Part shown: one piece after another, positions 19,449-32,212 of the stretch | How the letters are laid out: each line of letters starts with the position of its first letter | Position numbering within the stretch: position 1 is the stretch's first letter | Assembly: GCA_934277695.1 (NCBI GenBank) | Contig: CAKQVG010000003.1 | Location: 109,496-173,495, forward strand | DNA: 64,000 nucleotides | DNA from: an uncultured Clostridia bacterium | Lineage (GTDB): Bacteria > Bacillota > Clostridia > Peptostreptococcales > Anaerovoracaceae | Direction of reading: 5' to 3' | Position numbers and translations under genes: made by a program | The notes under the pieces: model-generated | What the model was told of the DNA's origin: nothing | Databases searched by the model: none | Seen by the model: the letters and a program-made list of their open reading frames with translations, nothing else

Positions 19449-20009
19449 ATGTCACAAATCGAAACAAACAAAACGGGCAGACGCCCGGTCTACTGCCTTG
19501 TACTCTGCGCAGTTTTAATGGCACTTTCTTTCGTGCTTGGTATGGTAAAAATTATTCCGATGCCTTACGGCGGTTCCATTACCATGTTCAGCATGCTTGC
19601 CGCAACATTGGCGGGCTATTTCTGCGGCCCGAAATGGGGCCTTGCTTCCGGTGTGGCTTTAGGGCTTTTAAACCTGATCATTGACCCGGTTATCCTTTTC
19701 CCTATGCAGGTGGTTCTCGATTACATACTTGCTTTTGGCTGCCTTGGGCTTTCGGGCTTATTCTCCAATAAAAAGCATGGCCTCTATGTCGGATATCTTG
19801 TCGCAATCCTTGGCAGATTCTGCTGTTCCTTCCTTTCCGGTTTTCTCTTCTTCGGAGAATTTGCACCGGAGGGCATGAACCCTGTCTGGTACAGTTTCCT
19901 TTACAATATCTTTTACATCGGCGGAGAAGGCGTGCTCACGCTGATTGTACTGGCACTTCCGCCGGTTAAGAATACCATTTACCGCCTGAAAGCAGAACAC
20001 TTTGCGTAA
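19449..20009 (+). CDS. thiT: ECF-transporter S component for thiamine (ThiT-like)
   Basis: A 186-aa six-helix membrane protein with a GAGGAGG RBS, sitting under TPP riboswitch control. Confidence 0.8.
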   Translation: MSQIETNKTGRRPVYCLVLCAVLMALSFVLGMVKIIPMPYGGSITMFSMLAATLAGYFCGPKWGLASGVALGLLNLIIDPVILFPMQVVLDYILAFGCLGLSGLFSNKKHGLYVGYLVAILGRFCCSFLSGFLFFGEFAPEGMNPVWYSFLYNIFYIGGEGVLTLIVLALPPVKNTIYRLKAEHFA

Positions 20010-20023
20010 AGCGCTCTATAAGC

Positions 20024-20052
20024 AAGGCTGCCCGCATCAATTGCGGGCAGCC
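20024..20052. terminator. Intrinsic terminator between the convergent thiT and crt genes
   Basis: A 12-bp GC-rich stem AGGCTGCCCGCA/TGCGGGCAGCCT is followed by CTTTCTT on the plus strand. Confidence 0.7.
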
Positions 20053-20058
20053 TCTTTC

Positions 20059-20835
20059 TTATTTACCTTGATATTCGTATGTAGTTTTGTTCAGGAATGC
20101 TTTCATTCCTTCTTTCTGATCTTCTGTGCCGAAGCATACACCGAAGCCTTCTGCTTCGAGGGCGCATCCGCTGAAGAGGTCAAGGTGATATCCCTTGTTA
20201 ATGAGTGTCTTGCAGGCCATAACAGCAACCGGTGCGTTTGAAGCAATCTTCTTTGCAAGAGCCTCTACTGTCGGCAGCAGTTCTTCCGGTTCTACAACCT
20301 TCTGTACAAGACCCATTCTGAGTGCTTCGTCAGCCTTGATATTCTGAGCTGTGAGAATAAGCATTGCCGCATTTCCCGGCCCTACGATCTTCGAAAGTCG
20401 CTGTGTCCCGCCAAATCCCGGTGTGATTCCAAGGCCTGCTTCCGGCTGTCCGAATACAGCCTTTGCGGAAGCAATTCGGAAATCGCATGCCATTGCAAGT
20501 TCACATCCGCCGCCAAGCGCAAATCCGTTGATTGCTGCGATTACCGGCTTTTCAGTCTTTTCGATGAAGTTCATAACTCTGTGGCCTTTCTGTGCGAATC
20601 TCTTGCCTTCTACAGGATTAAGCGTTGACATCTCAGCAATGTCAGCTCCCGCTACGAATGATCTGCCCTCGCCTGTTACGATGACGCATCTTACCTCATC
20701 CTCTTTGTCGATAACATTGAATACATCGAAAAGTTCGTCAAGAACCGTCGAGTTAAGTGCATTCAGTGCCTCCGGTCTATTAATGGTAACTGTTGCTACT
20801 CTGTCTTTCACTTCGTACTTAATTGTGTGATACAT
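20059..20835 (-). CDS. crt: Short-chain enoyl-CoA hydratase (crotonase)
   Basis: A 258-aa ORF with the crotonase fold signature (RPEALNAL, GADIAEM, AAINGFALGGGCELAMACD). Confidence 0.9.
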   Translation of the reverse strand: MYHTIKYEVKDRVATVTINRPEALNALNSTVLDELFDVFNVIDKEDEVRCVIVTGEGRSFVAGADIAEMSTLNPVEGKRFAQKGHRVMNFIEKTEKPVIAAINGFALGGGCELAMACDFRIASAKAVFGQPEAGLGITPGFGGTQRLSKIVGPGNAAMLILTAQNIKADEALRMGLVQKVVEPEELLPTVEALAKKIASNAPVAVMACKTLINKGYHLDLFSGCALEAEGFGVCFGTEDQKEGMKAFLNKTTYEYQGK

Positions 20836-20931
20836 CTCTTTTTTCCTTTCTTTTTTGCAGAAAATATTCTGTTAATAGTTTAACACCTTTGGCAGATATA
20901 ATCAAGAGTGTGCTATGTTTTTATTCCAAAA

Positions 20932-20955
20932 CAGGCTCCCGATTTCGGGAGCCTG
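20932..20955 (-). terminator. Intrinsic terminator downstream of hppA
   Basis: The hairpin CAGGCTCCCGA/TCGGGAGCCTG is followed on the minus strand by TTTTGG. Confidence 0.7.
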
Positions 20956-20986
20956 AATGAATCCATGTTTTAATTAAACAATCGAA

Positions 20987-22999
20987 TTAGATTAATCCGC
21001 CAACAGATACGAATAACGGTGCAAATACAACTGCAACGATCGTCATAAGCTTGATTAAGATGTTGATGGACGGACCGGAAGTATCCTTGAACGGATCGCC
21101 TACCGTGTCGCCTACAACTGCAGCTTTGTGAGGTTCGGAACCCTTGCCGCCGAAGTGACCTTCTTCGATGTATTTCTTAGCGTTATCCCATGCACCACCT
21201 GCGTTTGCCATCATGATAGCAAGAAGCACGCCTGAGGAGAGTGCACCGCCGAGCATTCCGCCGAGTGCTGCAGGTCCTAAGATGAGACCAACCGCAAGCG
21301 GAGCGACGATAGCCATAATACCTGGAACAACCATTTCTTTTAAAGCAGCCTTTGTGGAAATATCTACGCAGTTAGCATAGTCCGGCTTTGAAGTTCCTTC
21401 CATGATTCCTGCATCGGATCTGAACTGTCTTCTAACTTCTTCAATCATCTGGTTAGCAGCTTTACCTACAGAGTTCATCGTCATAGCGGAGAATAAGAAC
21501 GGAAGCATAGCACCGATGAATAATCCGACGATTACGATAGGGCTGAGCAGGTCGATTGTTGTAAGGCTTGTAACTTCAGCATAGGAAGCAAACAGAGCCA
21601 GTGCTGTAAGAGCAGCGGAACCGATTGCGAAACCTTTACCGATAGCAGCTGTTGTGTTTCCTACGGAGTCAAGCTTGTCTGTGATTTCTCTTACTTCGTG
21701 AGGAAGTTCTGACATTTCTGCGATACCGCCCGCATTGTCGGAAACAGGACCGTAAGCGTCAACTGCAACCGTCATGCCTGTAGTGGAAAGCATACCTACT
21801 GCAGAAAGTGCAATACCATATAAACCTGCAACTGAGAAAGCAACATATACGCCAACGCAGATTAAGAGGATTGGCCATAATGTGGACATCATACCAACAC
21901 CAAGACCGCTGATGATTGTAGTTGCAGCACCTGTCTGAGACTGTTCAGCAATTTTCTGAACTGATTTATAGTCACCGGAAGTATAAACTTCTGTAATCTT
22001 ACCGATTGCAATACCTACAATGAGGCCGGCAATGATAGCAATTGCATATGTGTAGTCACCGAGCATTGTCTTGGAAAGAATAACAGTAGCGATGATAACG
22101 ATAATTCCGCTTACATATGTTCCCATATTTAAAGCAGATGCAGGGTTTCCACCGTCTTTTCCTCTAACGATCATGATGCCGATTACGGAAGCAAGAATAC
22201 CGATAGCGGAAATGATTAACGGGAATACAGCTGCCGTAGTTGTTGAGAATACAGCAGTTTCATCTGCGTTTGCAACAGCAACTGCTGCAAGAGTGATAGC
22301 AGAAATGATGGAACCTACATAAGATTCGAATAAGTCGGAACCCATACCTGCAACGTCACCTACGTTATCGCCTACATTATCTGCGATAACTGCAGGGTTA
22401 CGAGGGTCGTCTTCAGGGATTCCTGCTTCAACCTTACCTACAAGGTCAGCACCAACGTCAGCTGCCTTCGTGTAGATACCGCCGCCTACTCTTCCAAATA
22501 ATGCCATGGAAGAAGCCCCGAGACCGAAGCCTGTAACGCATTCAACAACTGTTGCAAGGTCAAGCACACATACAACCATGCCGAGTCCGAAAAGACCGAG
22601 GCCGGATACGCAAAGACCCATAACCGCACCGGATCTGAACGCAATCTTGAGAGCCTTGTTCATTCCGGATTCTCTTGCTGCGTTTGCAGTTCTTACGTTT
22701 CCGAGTGTCGCAACCTTCATGCCGAAGAAACCTGCAAGTACGGAAAGGAGTGCGCCGAACACATAAAGAACAGCGGTTATCCAGTTAATGCAAATACCGA
22801 TTAATAAGAATAACACAACAATAACGATAGCCATTGTCTTGTATTCTCTTCTCAGGAACGCCATAGCACCTTCTCTGATGTAGCCGGCGATTTCCTTCAT
22901 CCTGTCTGTCCCTTCGTCAGCTTTCTTGATCCATGCAGCTAAGCAGAATGCTACGATAAGACCAATGACAGCTGCGATGACAGCAAAATACTTTGTCAT
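20987..22999 (-). CDS. hppA: Membrane-bound proton/sodium-translocating pyrophosphatase
   Basis: About 670 aa with many TM helices and the motifs [17 protein letters not shown] and DNVGDNVGD. The start is taken at the ATG at 22997-22999, which lies 9 nt after AGGAGG. The ORF track starts at 23020. Confidence 0.93.
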   Translation of the reverse strand: MTKYFAVIAAVIGLIVAFCLAAWIKKADEGTDRMKEIAGYIREGAMAFLRREYKTMAIVIVVLFLLIGICINWITAVLYVFGALLSVLAGFFGMKVATLGNVRTANAARESGMNKALKIAFRSGAVMGLCVSGLGLFGLGMVVCVLDLATVVECVTGFGLGASSMALFGRVGGGIYTKAADVGADLVGKVEAGIPEDDPRNPAVIADNVGDNVGDVAGMGSDLFESYVGSIISAITLAAVAVANADETAVFSTTTAAVFPLIISAIGILASVIGIMIVRGKDGGNPASALNMGTYVSGIIVIIATVILSKTMLGDYTYAIAIIAGLIVGIAIGKITEVYTSGDYKSVQKIAEQSQTGAATTIISGLGVGMMSTLWPILLICVGVYVAFSVAGLYGIALSAVGMLSTTGMTVAVDAYGPVSDNAGGIAEMSELPHEVREITDKLDSVGNTTAAIGKGFAIGSAALTALALFASYAEVTSLTTIDLLSPIVIVGLFIGAMLPFLFSAMTMNSVGKAANQMIEEVRRQFRSDAGIMEGTSKPDYANCVDISTKAALKEMVVPGIMAIVAPLAVGLILGPAALGGMLGGALSSGVLLAIMMANAGGAWDNAKKYIEEGHFGGKGSEPHKAAVVGDTVGDPFKDTSGPSINILIKLMTIVAVVFAPLFVSVGGLI

Positions 23000-23110
23000 A
23001 ACGTAATACCTCCTACTCACTAACGCCGAATAAGAGGCACATTATGTACCTCTTGCCGTAAGTGAAATATAATAAATAAAAATTAAAAACGAATTAATTT
23101 CGTGTATCAA

Positions 23111-23344
23111 TTACCCAAACAGAGTAACGATAACAAGGGAAAGAACTACGAAAAGAACAGCGCCTACGGTAGTTACTTTCTCTAAAATGGCTTCATAGCC
23201 TTTGCTCTTCTTCTTGCCGAATAACTGTTCCGCTCCGCCTGCGATGGAACCGGATAATCCTGCACTGTTACCGGATTGAAGCAGTACACTGGCAATCAAA
23301 ACGATACTTGCTAATGCCAGCAAAACCATCAATAAAGTCTTCAT
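23111..23344 (-). CDS. secG: Preprotein translocase subunit SecG
   Basis: A 77-aa protein with two TM helices and the Gly-rich loop GGAEQLFG. It sits downstream of tpiA, which is typical synteny. Confidence 0.85.
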   Translation of the reverse strand: MKTLLMVLLALASIVLIASVLLQSGNSAGLSGSIAGGAEQLFGKKKSKGYEAILEKVTTVGAVLFVVLSLVIVTLFG

Positions 23345-23404
23345 CTTTTACCTCCTCGTATTATAACTTGTTAATTGTACCACAGTATCTATGCTAAAAT
23401 CAAG

Positions 23405-24151
23405 TTAAAAGTTTACAATTTCAATAAATTTTAACGGCTCAAGACTTGCTCCGCCTACAAGCGCGCCGTCGATTTCTTCCATATTCAGAATTTCCGACGC
23501 ATTCTCCGGCTTTACGCTTCCGCCATATTGAATCACAACTTTGTCAGCCGTTTCTTCGTCGTATATTTCCTCAAGTTCATTGCGGATGACCTTGCACATG
23601 TGGTTTGCCTGAATCGGCGTTGCCGTTCTGCCCGTTCCGATTGCCCAAATCGGCTCGTAGGCAATGACAACTTTCGCCGCGTCTTCCGCCGGGATTCCTT
23701 CCATTGCGTTTGCGACCTGCTCTGCAACCAGTTTGTCCTGATAATTGTGTTCTCTCTGATAAAGGTCTTCCCCTACACAGATAACCGGTGTGATTCCCGC
23801 CTCGAGCAGTGCCTTTGCTTTGCGATTCACCGTATCATCGGTTTCATTGAAATACTGGCGTCTTTCGGAATGCCCGACAATACAATATTCCACACCGATC
23901 TCCTGAAGCATCGGAATGGATATTTCACCTGTAAAAGCGCCCTCTCGCTCGTAGTGAACATTCTGTGCGCCGAGACCGATTCCGGTTCCTTTGAATTCTT
24001 CCGCAAGCACAGCAAGCTGCGTGAAAGGAGCAAAAATCGCTGCTTTTACATCACTTGGCTGATAAATCTTTTTAAATTCCTGTGCAAATGCTTTTGCCTC
24101 TGCAGTGGTTTTGTACATCTTCCAATTTCCCGCAATAAAAGGATAACGCAT
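23405..24151 (-). CDS. tpiA: Triosephosphate isomerase
   Basis: A 248-aa ORF with GNWKM, GHSERR, AYEPIWAIGTG and GGASL motifs. Confidence 0.95.
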   Translation of the reverse strand: MRYPFIAGNWKMYKTTAEAKAFAQEFKKIYQPSDVKAAIFAPFTQLAVLAEEFKGTGIGLGAQNVHYEREGAFTGEISIPMLQEIGVEYCIVGHSERRQYFNETDDTVNRKAKALLEAGITPVICVGEDLYQREHNYQDKLVAEQVANAMEGIPAEDAAKVVIAYEPIWAIGTGRTATPIQANHMCKVIRNELEEIYDEETADKVVIQYGGSVKPENASEILNMEEIDGALVGGASLEPLKFIEIVNF

Positions 24152-24165
24152 CTTTTACCTCTCTC

Positions 24166-26405
<2,240 letters not shown>

Positions 26406-26452
26406 AATTGATCTCCTCTTAAATAATTTCTTTATGTATCTATTCTCGAGGA

Positions 26453-27469
26453 TTATTTGCAGTCTACTTCGTGCATATGCTTCAGCATGTTCAGCAGATT
26501 GCTGGAATATCCGAATTCATTGTCATAGTACGCGATGAGCTTGAAGAAATGGTCATTCAGCTCGATTGTCTGTCTGGAGTCGAAAATGGATGTGCAAGGG
26601 TCTCCCACGAAGTCGCCGGAAACAACTTCATCATCTACATATTCCAAAACACCCTTGAGGTATGTCTCGGAAGCTTCTTTAATTCTCTGTCTGAGTTCCG
26701 GGCCGCTTGTCGGTGTGTTGAGAACAACGTTTACATCGATAACGGAAACATCCGCTGTCGGAACTCTGTATGAAATACCTGTCATTTTGCCTTTAAGAGA
26801 AGGAATTACAAGACCTACGGCCTTTGCTGCACCTGTCGTTGACGGAATTACATTGCCGAATACGCTGCGGCCGGTTCTCCAGTCCTTGAGTGATTTCGCA
26901 TCAACAACTTTTTGTTTTGCGGTAGCTGCATGAATCGTGGACATAAGTCCTTCTTTGATTCCGTAGTTATCTTCGATAACCTTCATGAGCGGTGCGAGAC
27001 AGTTTGTAGTACAGGATGCATTGGAAACAACCTTCATATCCGAATTATATTCGTTATGATTTACGCCGTATACAAATGTCGGAGTATCCTTATCCTTTGC
27101 CGGTGCGGAAATGATAACATGCTTTGCACCTGCTTCAATGTGATCCATCGCTTTTTCCGTTGTTACATATGCACCGGTACAGTCGATTACATAATCAACG
27201 CCTGCTTCCTTCCACGGAATTTCGGATGCATCCGAGAACGAATATACATCAACATGCTTTCCGTCTATGTAAATTCCGGACTGGTCATGGTCAAGGCTCT
27301 TTGGGAATCTTCCGAAAATCGTGTCGTACTTAAGCATGTAAACCATGTATTCAAGGTCCGCATTTCTTAAGTTAATTGCCCTGATTTCAATTTCCGGCAT
27401 ATCCATTGCGGCACGGATTACTACCCTGCCAATTCTGCCAAAACCGTTAATACCTACTCTAATCGCCAT
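26453..27469 (-). CDS. gap: Second, divergent glyceraldehyde-3-phosphate dehydrogenase paralogue
   Basis: About 338 aa from the ATG at 27467-27469 (GGAGGAG RBS; the ORF track starts at 27502). It has INGFGRIGR and SCTTNC, but AINLRN in place of AINDL and KDWRTGRS in place of DLRRAR. Confidence 0.9.
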   Translation of the reverse strand: MAIRVGINGFGRIGRVVIRAAMDMPEIEIRAINLRNADLEYMVYMLKYDTIFGRFPKSLDHDQSGIYIDGKHVDVYSFSDASEIPWKEAGVDYVIDCTGAYVTTEKAMDHIEAGAKHVIISAPAKDKDTPTFVYGVNHNEYNSDMKVVSNASCTTNCLAPLMKVIEDNYGIKEGLMSTIHAATAKQKVVDAKSLKDWRTGRSVFGNVIPSTTGAAKAVGLVIPSLKGKMTGISYRVPTADVSVIDVNVVLNTPTSGPELRQRIKEASETYLKGVLEYVDDEVVSGDFVGDPCTSIFDSRQTIELNDHFFKLIAYYDNEFGYSSNLLNMLKHMHEVDCK

Positions 27470-27532
27470 TTTTTCTCCTCCTAAAAACATTCCTGTTGAC
27501 AATGTTTGTATTATATTGTATTTTTATGTATT

Positions 27533-28951
27533 TTAATATCTTCTCCGTTTCGATGAAGATAAGATATTCATGCCCTCTCTGTACTTTGCCACGGTACGTC
27601 GCGAAATTTCAATTCCTTTTTGGCTGAGAATTTCCACCATGTCCTGATCGCTGTACGGCTTCTTCGGGTCTTCGCTTTCCACGATTTCCTTGATGAAAGT
27701 CTTAATGCTGTTCGAAGACATTCCTTCTCCGCCTGCGCCCGTAACACCGCTTGAGAAGAAATATTTAATCTCGAAAACCCCTCTCGGAGTCTGCATGTAT
27801 TTACCGTTTATGGAACGGCTGACCGTGGATTCGTGGATATTTAACGCTTCTGCCACTTGTTTCAGCGTCAGGGTCTTTAAATATTTCGGACCCTTGTCCA
27901 AGAATTCTTTCTGATACTCGACAACCGAAGCAACGACGTTATATATGGTCTGTCTTCTTTGCTCGATGCTCTTAATCAGCCACATTGCAGAGTTGTATTT
28001 GTCGTTCAGATACTTCGAAAGTTCCGCATCCTCGGAAGCCTTCTTTGCAAGGCTCATATAATAGGAACTTACCATCAGCCTCGGGATTGTGCCTTCGTTT
28101 GTTACGACCTGATATTCTCCGTCGATCTTTTCGACAACCACATCCGGAACCACATACTTCACCGTTTCTCCCGACGAAAAACGTCTGCCCGGCTTCGGTT
28201 CCAGTGTACGGATGAGATCCGTAATCATCTGCACCTGTGCAACCGTCAGCCCGGTTTCCTTCGAAACCTTGCTGAGTTTATTTTCTCCGATATCCTCCAA
28301 ATGATGTAAAATAATATATTCTACCGAATCTTCCAGCAGTCCCTTGGAAGCAAGCTGCAGAATCAAACATTCCTTGAGCGTTCTGGCACCCACTCCCGCA
28401 GGTTCAAACGTCTGAATGACATCGAGAATTTTCTCAACATGTTCCTCTGACACTTTAAACATCTTCGCAACTTTCGGAAGTTCGGATGTAAGATATCCGT
28501 TTTCGTCTATCGACTCGATAAGATACCTTCCGATTTTCATGTCATCGCCCTTAAGCTTTGAAAAAGTAAGCTGAAGAAGGAGATAGTCCTCCAAAGTTTC
28601 TTCCTTGCTCACAAACTGCTCAAATGTAGGCTCATCATTGTCCTTGCGATATTCCCACTGCTTATAGCTGATATCGTCATACTCCGCCTCTTTTACTTTT
28701 TCGCGCAAGTCAAAATCGGCCTCCTCCGCTTCTTTCTTATCCAAAGACTCGGATTTGGAAACCTCCTGTTCTCTGTCCCGTCTGTCCTCTCCTGCCTCGT
28801 ACTCCAAAACAGGATTTTGCATAAGTTCTTCCTGAACGTAATTTTCAAGCTCCTGCGAGTTAAACTGCAGAATCTGGATTGCCTGAATCAGTTCCGGCGT
28901 CATCGTCAATTTTTGGGACTGTTCAATTGTTAAATCATAACCAAGTTTCAC
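27533..28951 (-). CDS. rpoN: RNA polymerase sigma-54 factor
   Basis: A 472-aa ORF with the region I motif LTPELIQAIQILQ, an HTH, and the RpoN box ISRRTVAKYR at the C-terminus. Confidence 0.92.
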   Translation of the reverse strand: MKLGYDLTIEQSQKLTMTPELIQAIQILQFNSQELENYVQEELMQNPVLEYEAGEDRRDREQEVSKSESLDKKEAEEADFDLREKVKEAEYDDISYKQWEYRKDNDEPTFEQFVSKEETLEDYLLLQLTFSKLKGDDMKIGRYLIESIDENGYLTSELPKVAKMFKVSEEHVEKILDVIQTFEPAGVGARTLKECLILQLASKGLLEDSVEYIILHHLEDIGENKLSKVSKETGLTVAQVQMITDLIRTLEPKPGRRFSSGETVKYVVPDVVVEKIDGEYQVVTNEGTIPRLMVSSYYMSLAKKASEDAELSKYLNDKYNSAMWLIKSIEQRRQTIYNVVASVVEYQKEFLDKGPKYLKTLTLKQVAEALNIHESTVSRSINGKYMQTPRGVFEIKYFFSSGVTGAGGEGMSSNSIKTFIKEIVESEDPKKPYSDQDMVEILSQKGIEISRRTVAKYREGMNILSSSKRRRY

Positions 28952-28995
28952 TAATACACCTCAAAAGTTGTCCTAAAAAAATCTTTTATGCAAAT

Positions 28996-29024
28996 ATTAT
29001 ACCAAATCCGTTTCGTTATTTCAA
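28996..29024 (-). promoter_or_regulatory. Likely sigmaA promoter for rpoN (TTGAAA-17 nt-TATAAT)
   Basis: On the minus strand the -35 element is at 29024-29019, overlapping the trmL stop, and the -10 element is at 29001-28996. Confidence 0.55.
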
Positions 29025-29492
29025 GCCCGGGAAACCTAATTGACGCAAAGCCTCGAACAAAATGATATTTGCCGAATTTGCAAGGTTAAAAGAGCGCAGC
29101 CGCGTATCCGCACTCATCGGAATCCTTATGGCACTCTCTTCGTGCTCCGCAATAAAATCCCTCGGAAGCCCCGCCGTTTCCTTTCCGAAAAGGAACATGT
29201 CACCGTCACGGTATGCAGGCTCCGTATAAATATGCCCACCCTTTGTCGTTGCAAGAAAAAGCCGATGCGATCCGTCACCATATTTTTCCATGAAATCATC
29301 GAGACTTTCGTGCACTTCAAGCTTCACATACGGCCAGTAATCAAGTCCTGCCCGTTTAAGGCTTTTGTCATCTATGTTAAATCCGAGCGGTTTTACAAGA
29401 TGAAGCACTGTATCGGTTGCAGCGCATGTTCTTGCAATATTCCCCGTGTTTGGCGGTATTTCCGGCTCAACGAAAACGATGTGTAATGACAT
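29016..29492 (-). CDS. trmL: tRNA (cytidine/uridine-2'-O)-methyltransferase, TrmL/SpoU family
   Basis: A 158-aa ORF with the SpoU-type motifs PEIPPNTGNIARTC and LNLANSANI. Confidence 0.88.
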   Translation of the reverse strand: MSLHIVFVEPEIPPNTGNIARTCAATDTVLHLVKPLGFNIDDKSLKRAGLDYWPYVKLEVHESLDDFMEKYGDGSHRLFLATTKGGHIYTEPAYRDGDMFLFGKETAGLPRDFIAEHEESAIRIPMSADTRLRSFNLANSANIILFEALRQLGFPGLK

Positions 29493-29622
29493 TTTGTTAC
29501 CTCTTTTCCTTTTATAAATGAATCCAAAAACTATAATAACAAAAATTTCAAAAAAAGAAAGACAAATTCGAAGAAATGTTATATAATTCTCTCATTGCAA
29601 TCTTTCGCACGGAGGAACAGAA

Positions 29623-30570
29623 ATGAAAAAACTTAAAGTCGGCATTTTGGGTTATGGCACCGTCGGAAGCGGTACCCATGAAATCCTGACAAAAAACCAT
29701 GATTTGATTCAGAAGCGCACCGGCATTTCGGTTGAAGTCGTACGAATACTCAGAAGGAAGCCTTCCGATTCTCACCTTTTTACGGATGACCCGGATGTTA
29801 TTCTGAACGACCCGGATATTGATTTAATCGTAGAAGTTATCGGCGGAATCGAGCCCGCTGCCTCTTTCATGCTGAAAGCGATGAAAAACGGCAAACATGT
29901 CGTAACGGCAAACAAGGCTGCAGTCGCTGCAAATTATAAGACACTTACGGAAACCGCCCGGGAAAACGGTGTTGATTTTCTCTTTGAAGCCGCGGTTGCA
30001 GGCGGAATCCCTGTTCTCACCGCAATCCAAAATCCGCTTCAGGGGAATAACTTCCTTGAAGTTATGGGAATTTTGAACGGAACCACAAATTACATCCTGA
30101 CCAAAATGACCGAAGACGGTGCAAGCTATGAGGATGTCCTGAAAGACGCACAGGCGAAAGGCTTTGCCGAAGCAGATCCGACCGCAGATGTGGAAGGTCT
30201 GGATGCAGCAAACAAGCTTTCCATATTGATTGCGTTGCTTTTTGACAAGTACATCGCACCTTCCGATATTCCCACAACCGGAATTTCGAAGATTACGGCA
30301 GACGATATCAAGGCCGCTGCTTCCGAGGGCTGCAAAATCAAGCTTATCGGCCATGCGTACCTTGAAGACGGCGAAGTTAAGGCGAGTGTTGCTCCGGAAA
30401 GACTTCCTCTTTCTCACCCGCTCAGCGGCGTCAGCAATGAATTCAATGCGGTATATGTTACCGGTGACATGGTCGGCGAGCTGATGTTTTACGGAAAAGG
30501 CGCAGGCGCGCTCCCTACCGGCAGTGCTGTTGTCGGCGATATAATTAATGTAGCTAAAAAATTAAAATAA
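29623..30570 (+). CDS. hom: Homoserine dehydrogenase, short form without an ACT domain
   Basis: A 315-aa ORF with the GILGYGTVGSG Rossmann motif and the homoserine dehydrogenase catalytic-domain pattern (GILNGTTNYIL, ADPTADVEG). Confidence 0.85.
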   Translation: MKKLKVGILGYGTVGSGTHEILTKNHDLIQKRTGISVEVVRILRRKPSDSHLFTDDPDVILNDPDIDLIVEVIGGIEPAASFMLKAMKNGKHVVTANKAAVAANYKTLTETARENGVDFLFEAAVAGGIPVLTAIQNPLQGNNFLEVMGILNGTTNYILTKMTEDGASYEDVLKDAQAKGFAEADPTADVEGLDAANKLSILIALLFDKYIAPSDIPTTGISKITADDIKAAASEGCKIKLIGHAYLEDGEVKASVAPERLPLSHPLSGVSNEFNAVYVTGDMVGELMFYGKGAGALPTGSAVVGDIINVAKKLK

Positions 30571-30597
30571 AAATCACTTATCACACAGGAGGAAAAA

Positions 30598-31098
30598 ATG
30601 AGTTTATACAAGCAGTGGGTTGACCTCATGGAGGGTCAGACCGAAGAAACTTTTGAAGCATTCTGGGACGAATACAGCGGAACAGAGACGAGAATTTACG
30701 AAAACATCTTAGAAAACAAGGATACGCACCTTGCAGGCAAGTTCAGCGAACTCGTTGAGAAGTTCGATGCAAACCCTGTTATTTTCATGGGCTTCCTCGA
30801 CGGCATCCAGACAAGCCTGAACAACCCTTTCGATTTAGAGAAGATTGACGAAAATTCAGATATAGACCTCGATGTTGATTTTGAAAAACTTTTCTTCAAC
30901 ATGTTAAAGGCAGAGGCGGAATATCTCTACACGCTTCCGCAGTGGGAAAACATCCTTTCCGAAGAAAAAATGGTTGAAATCATCAAAGACTACAAGCGTT
31001 CCAAGACGGTCCACAAAGAAAAAGAACCGGGCAGAAACGACCCGTGTCCTTGCGGCAGCGGCAAGAAATACAAGAAATGCTGCGGCGCAAATAAATAA
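30598..31098 (+). CDS. SEC-C motif-containing protein
   Basis: A 166-aa ORF whose C-terminus [15 protein letters not shown] is the SEC-C zinc-binding motif. Confidence 0.7.
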   Translation: MSLYKQWVDLMEGQTEETFEAFWDEYSGTETRIYENILENKDTHLAGKFSELVEKFDANPVIFMGFLDGIQTSLNNPFDLEKIDENSDIDLDVDFEKLFFNMLKAEAEYLYTLPQWENILSEEKMVEIIKDYKRSKTVHKEKEPGRNDPCPCGSGKKYKKCCGANK

Positions 31099-31110
31099 GC
31101 CGGACGATAA

Positions 31111-31153
31111 AAAAGTTGTACTTTCAGGCAATGCTGCGTGAAGTACAACTTTT
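31111..31153. terminator. Bidirectional intrinsic terminator (SEC-C gene / queA)
   Basis: AAAAGTTGTACTT...AAGTACAACTTTT forms a 13-bp stem flanked by an A-run and a T-run. Confidence 0.7.
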
Positions 31154-31159
31154 TCTTTA

Positions 31160-32209
31160 TTATTCAATAAACATCGCATCCCCGTAACTGAAAAACCGAT
31201 ATTTCTCTTCCACCGCAATCCGATAAACTCTCAATATATCTTCGCGATTATAAAGTGCGGATATGAGCATGAGAAGTGTTGACTTCGGCAGATGGAAGTT
31301 CGTAATCAGTGCGCAGATAATCTTGAATTCATATCCCGGGTAAATGAAAATTCCCGTAGAACCATGCCCTGCCTTTACAAGGTATTTACCGCATTCTTCA
31401 TCATAAACGGCCGCGCTTTCGACGGTTCGGGTCGAAGTCGTTCCTACGGACACAATTCTGCCGCCCTCTTTAATTGTATCATTGATAGTCTTGGCGGTTT
31501 CTTCGTCGATGAAATACTCTTCAAAATGCATATGGTGCTCTTCGATATTTTCAACCTTTACCGGACGGAAAGTTCCGATTCCCACATGAAGCGTTACATA
31601 AGCAAGCTTCACGCCTTTTGCCTTTGCTTTTTCAAGCAGCTCCGGCGTAAAATGAAGTCCTGCGGTAGGTGCCGCAACAGAGCCTTCGTTTTTGGCATAC
31701 ACGGTCTGGTATCTGTCCTTATCCTCGGAATTGTTGTCACGCTCAATGTACGGAGGAAGCGGCATCTTGCCAAGTTCTTCGAGCCGTTCAAGGAAAATCC
31801 CCTCGTACTCGAATTCCACGATTCGGGTTCCGCCCTCACCGTAATCCTTTACAACTGCGCGAAACAGTTTATCATCCGAAAACGAAACCGCATCTCCGGG
31901 TTTCAGTCTTTTCCCCGGCCTTACCATAGTTTCCCATATATCGCCTTTGATTCGCTTAATCAGCAAAAACTCAATGTTCGCACCCGTTCCCTCTTTCCTG
32001 CCGTACAGCCTTGCCGGCAAAACCTTGGAGTTATTCATAACAAGGCAGTCTCCGGCCTTCAGATAATCAAGAATATCATAAAAGTGCTTATGTTCCACTT
32101 CTCCCGAATCACGGTGAACAACCATAAGCCTTGAAAAATCCCTCTTTTCTGCCGGAGTCTGTGCAATCAGTTCCTGCGGCAGCTCGTAATCAAAATCATT
32201 AATGTGCAT
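31160..32209 (-). CDS. queA: S-adenosylmethionine:tRNA ribosyltransferase-isomerase
   Basis: A 349-aa ORF with [22 protein letters not shown] and [12 protein letters not shown] motifs. Confidence 0.95.
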   Translation of the reverse strand: MHINDFDYELPQELIAQTPAEKRDFSRLMVVHRDSGEVEHKHFYDILDYLKAGDCLVMNNSKVLPARLYGRKEGTGANIEFLLIKRIKGDIWETMVRPGKRLKPGDAVSFSDDKLFRAVVKDYGEGGTRIVEFEYEGIFLERLEELGKMPLPPYIERDNNSEDKDRYQTVYAKNEGSVAAPTAGLHFTPELLEKAKAKGVKLAYVTLHVGIGTFRPVKVENIEEHHMHFEEYFIDEETAKTINDTIKEGGRIVSVGTTSTRTVESAAVYDEECGKYLVKAGHGSTGIFIYPGYEFKIICALITNFHLPKSTLLMLISALYNREDILRVYRIAVEEKYRFFSYGDAMFIE

Positions 32210-32212
32210 TCT

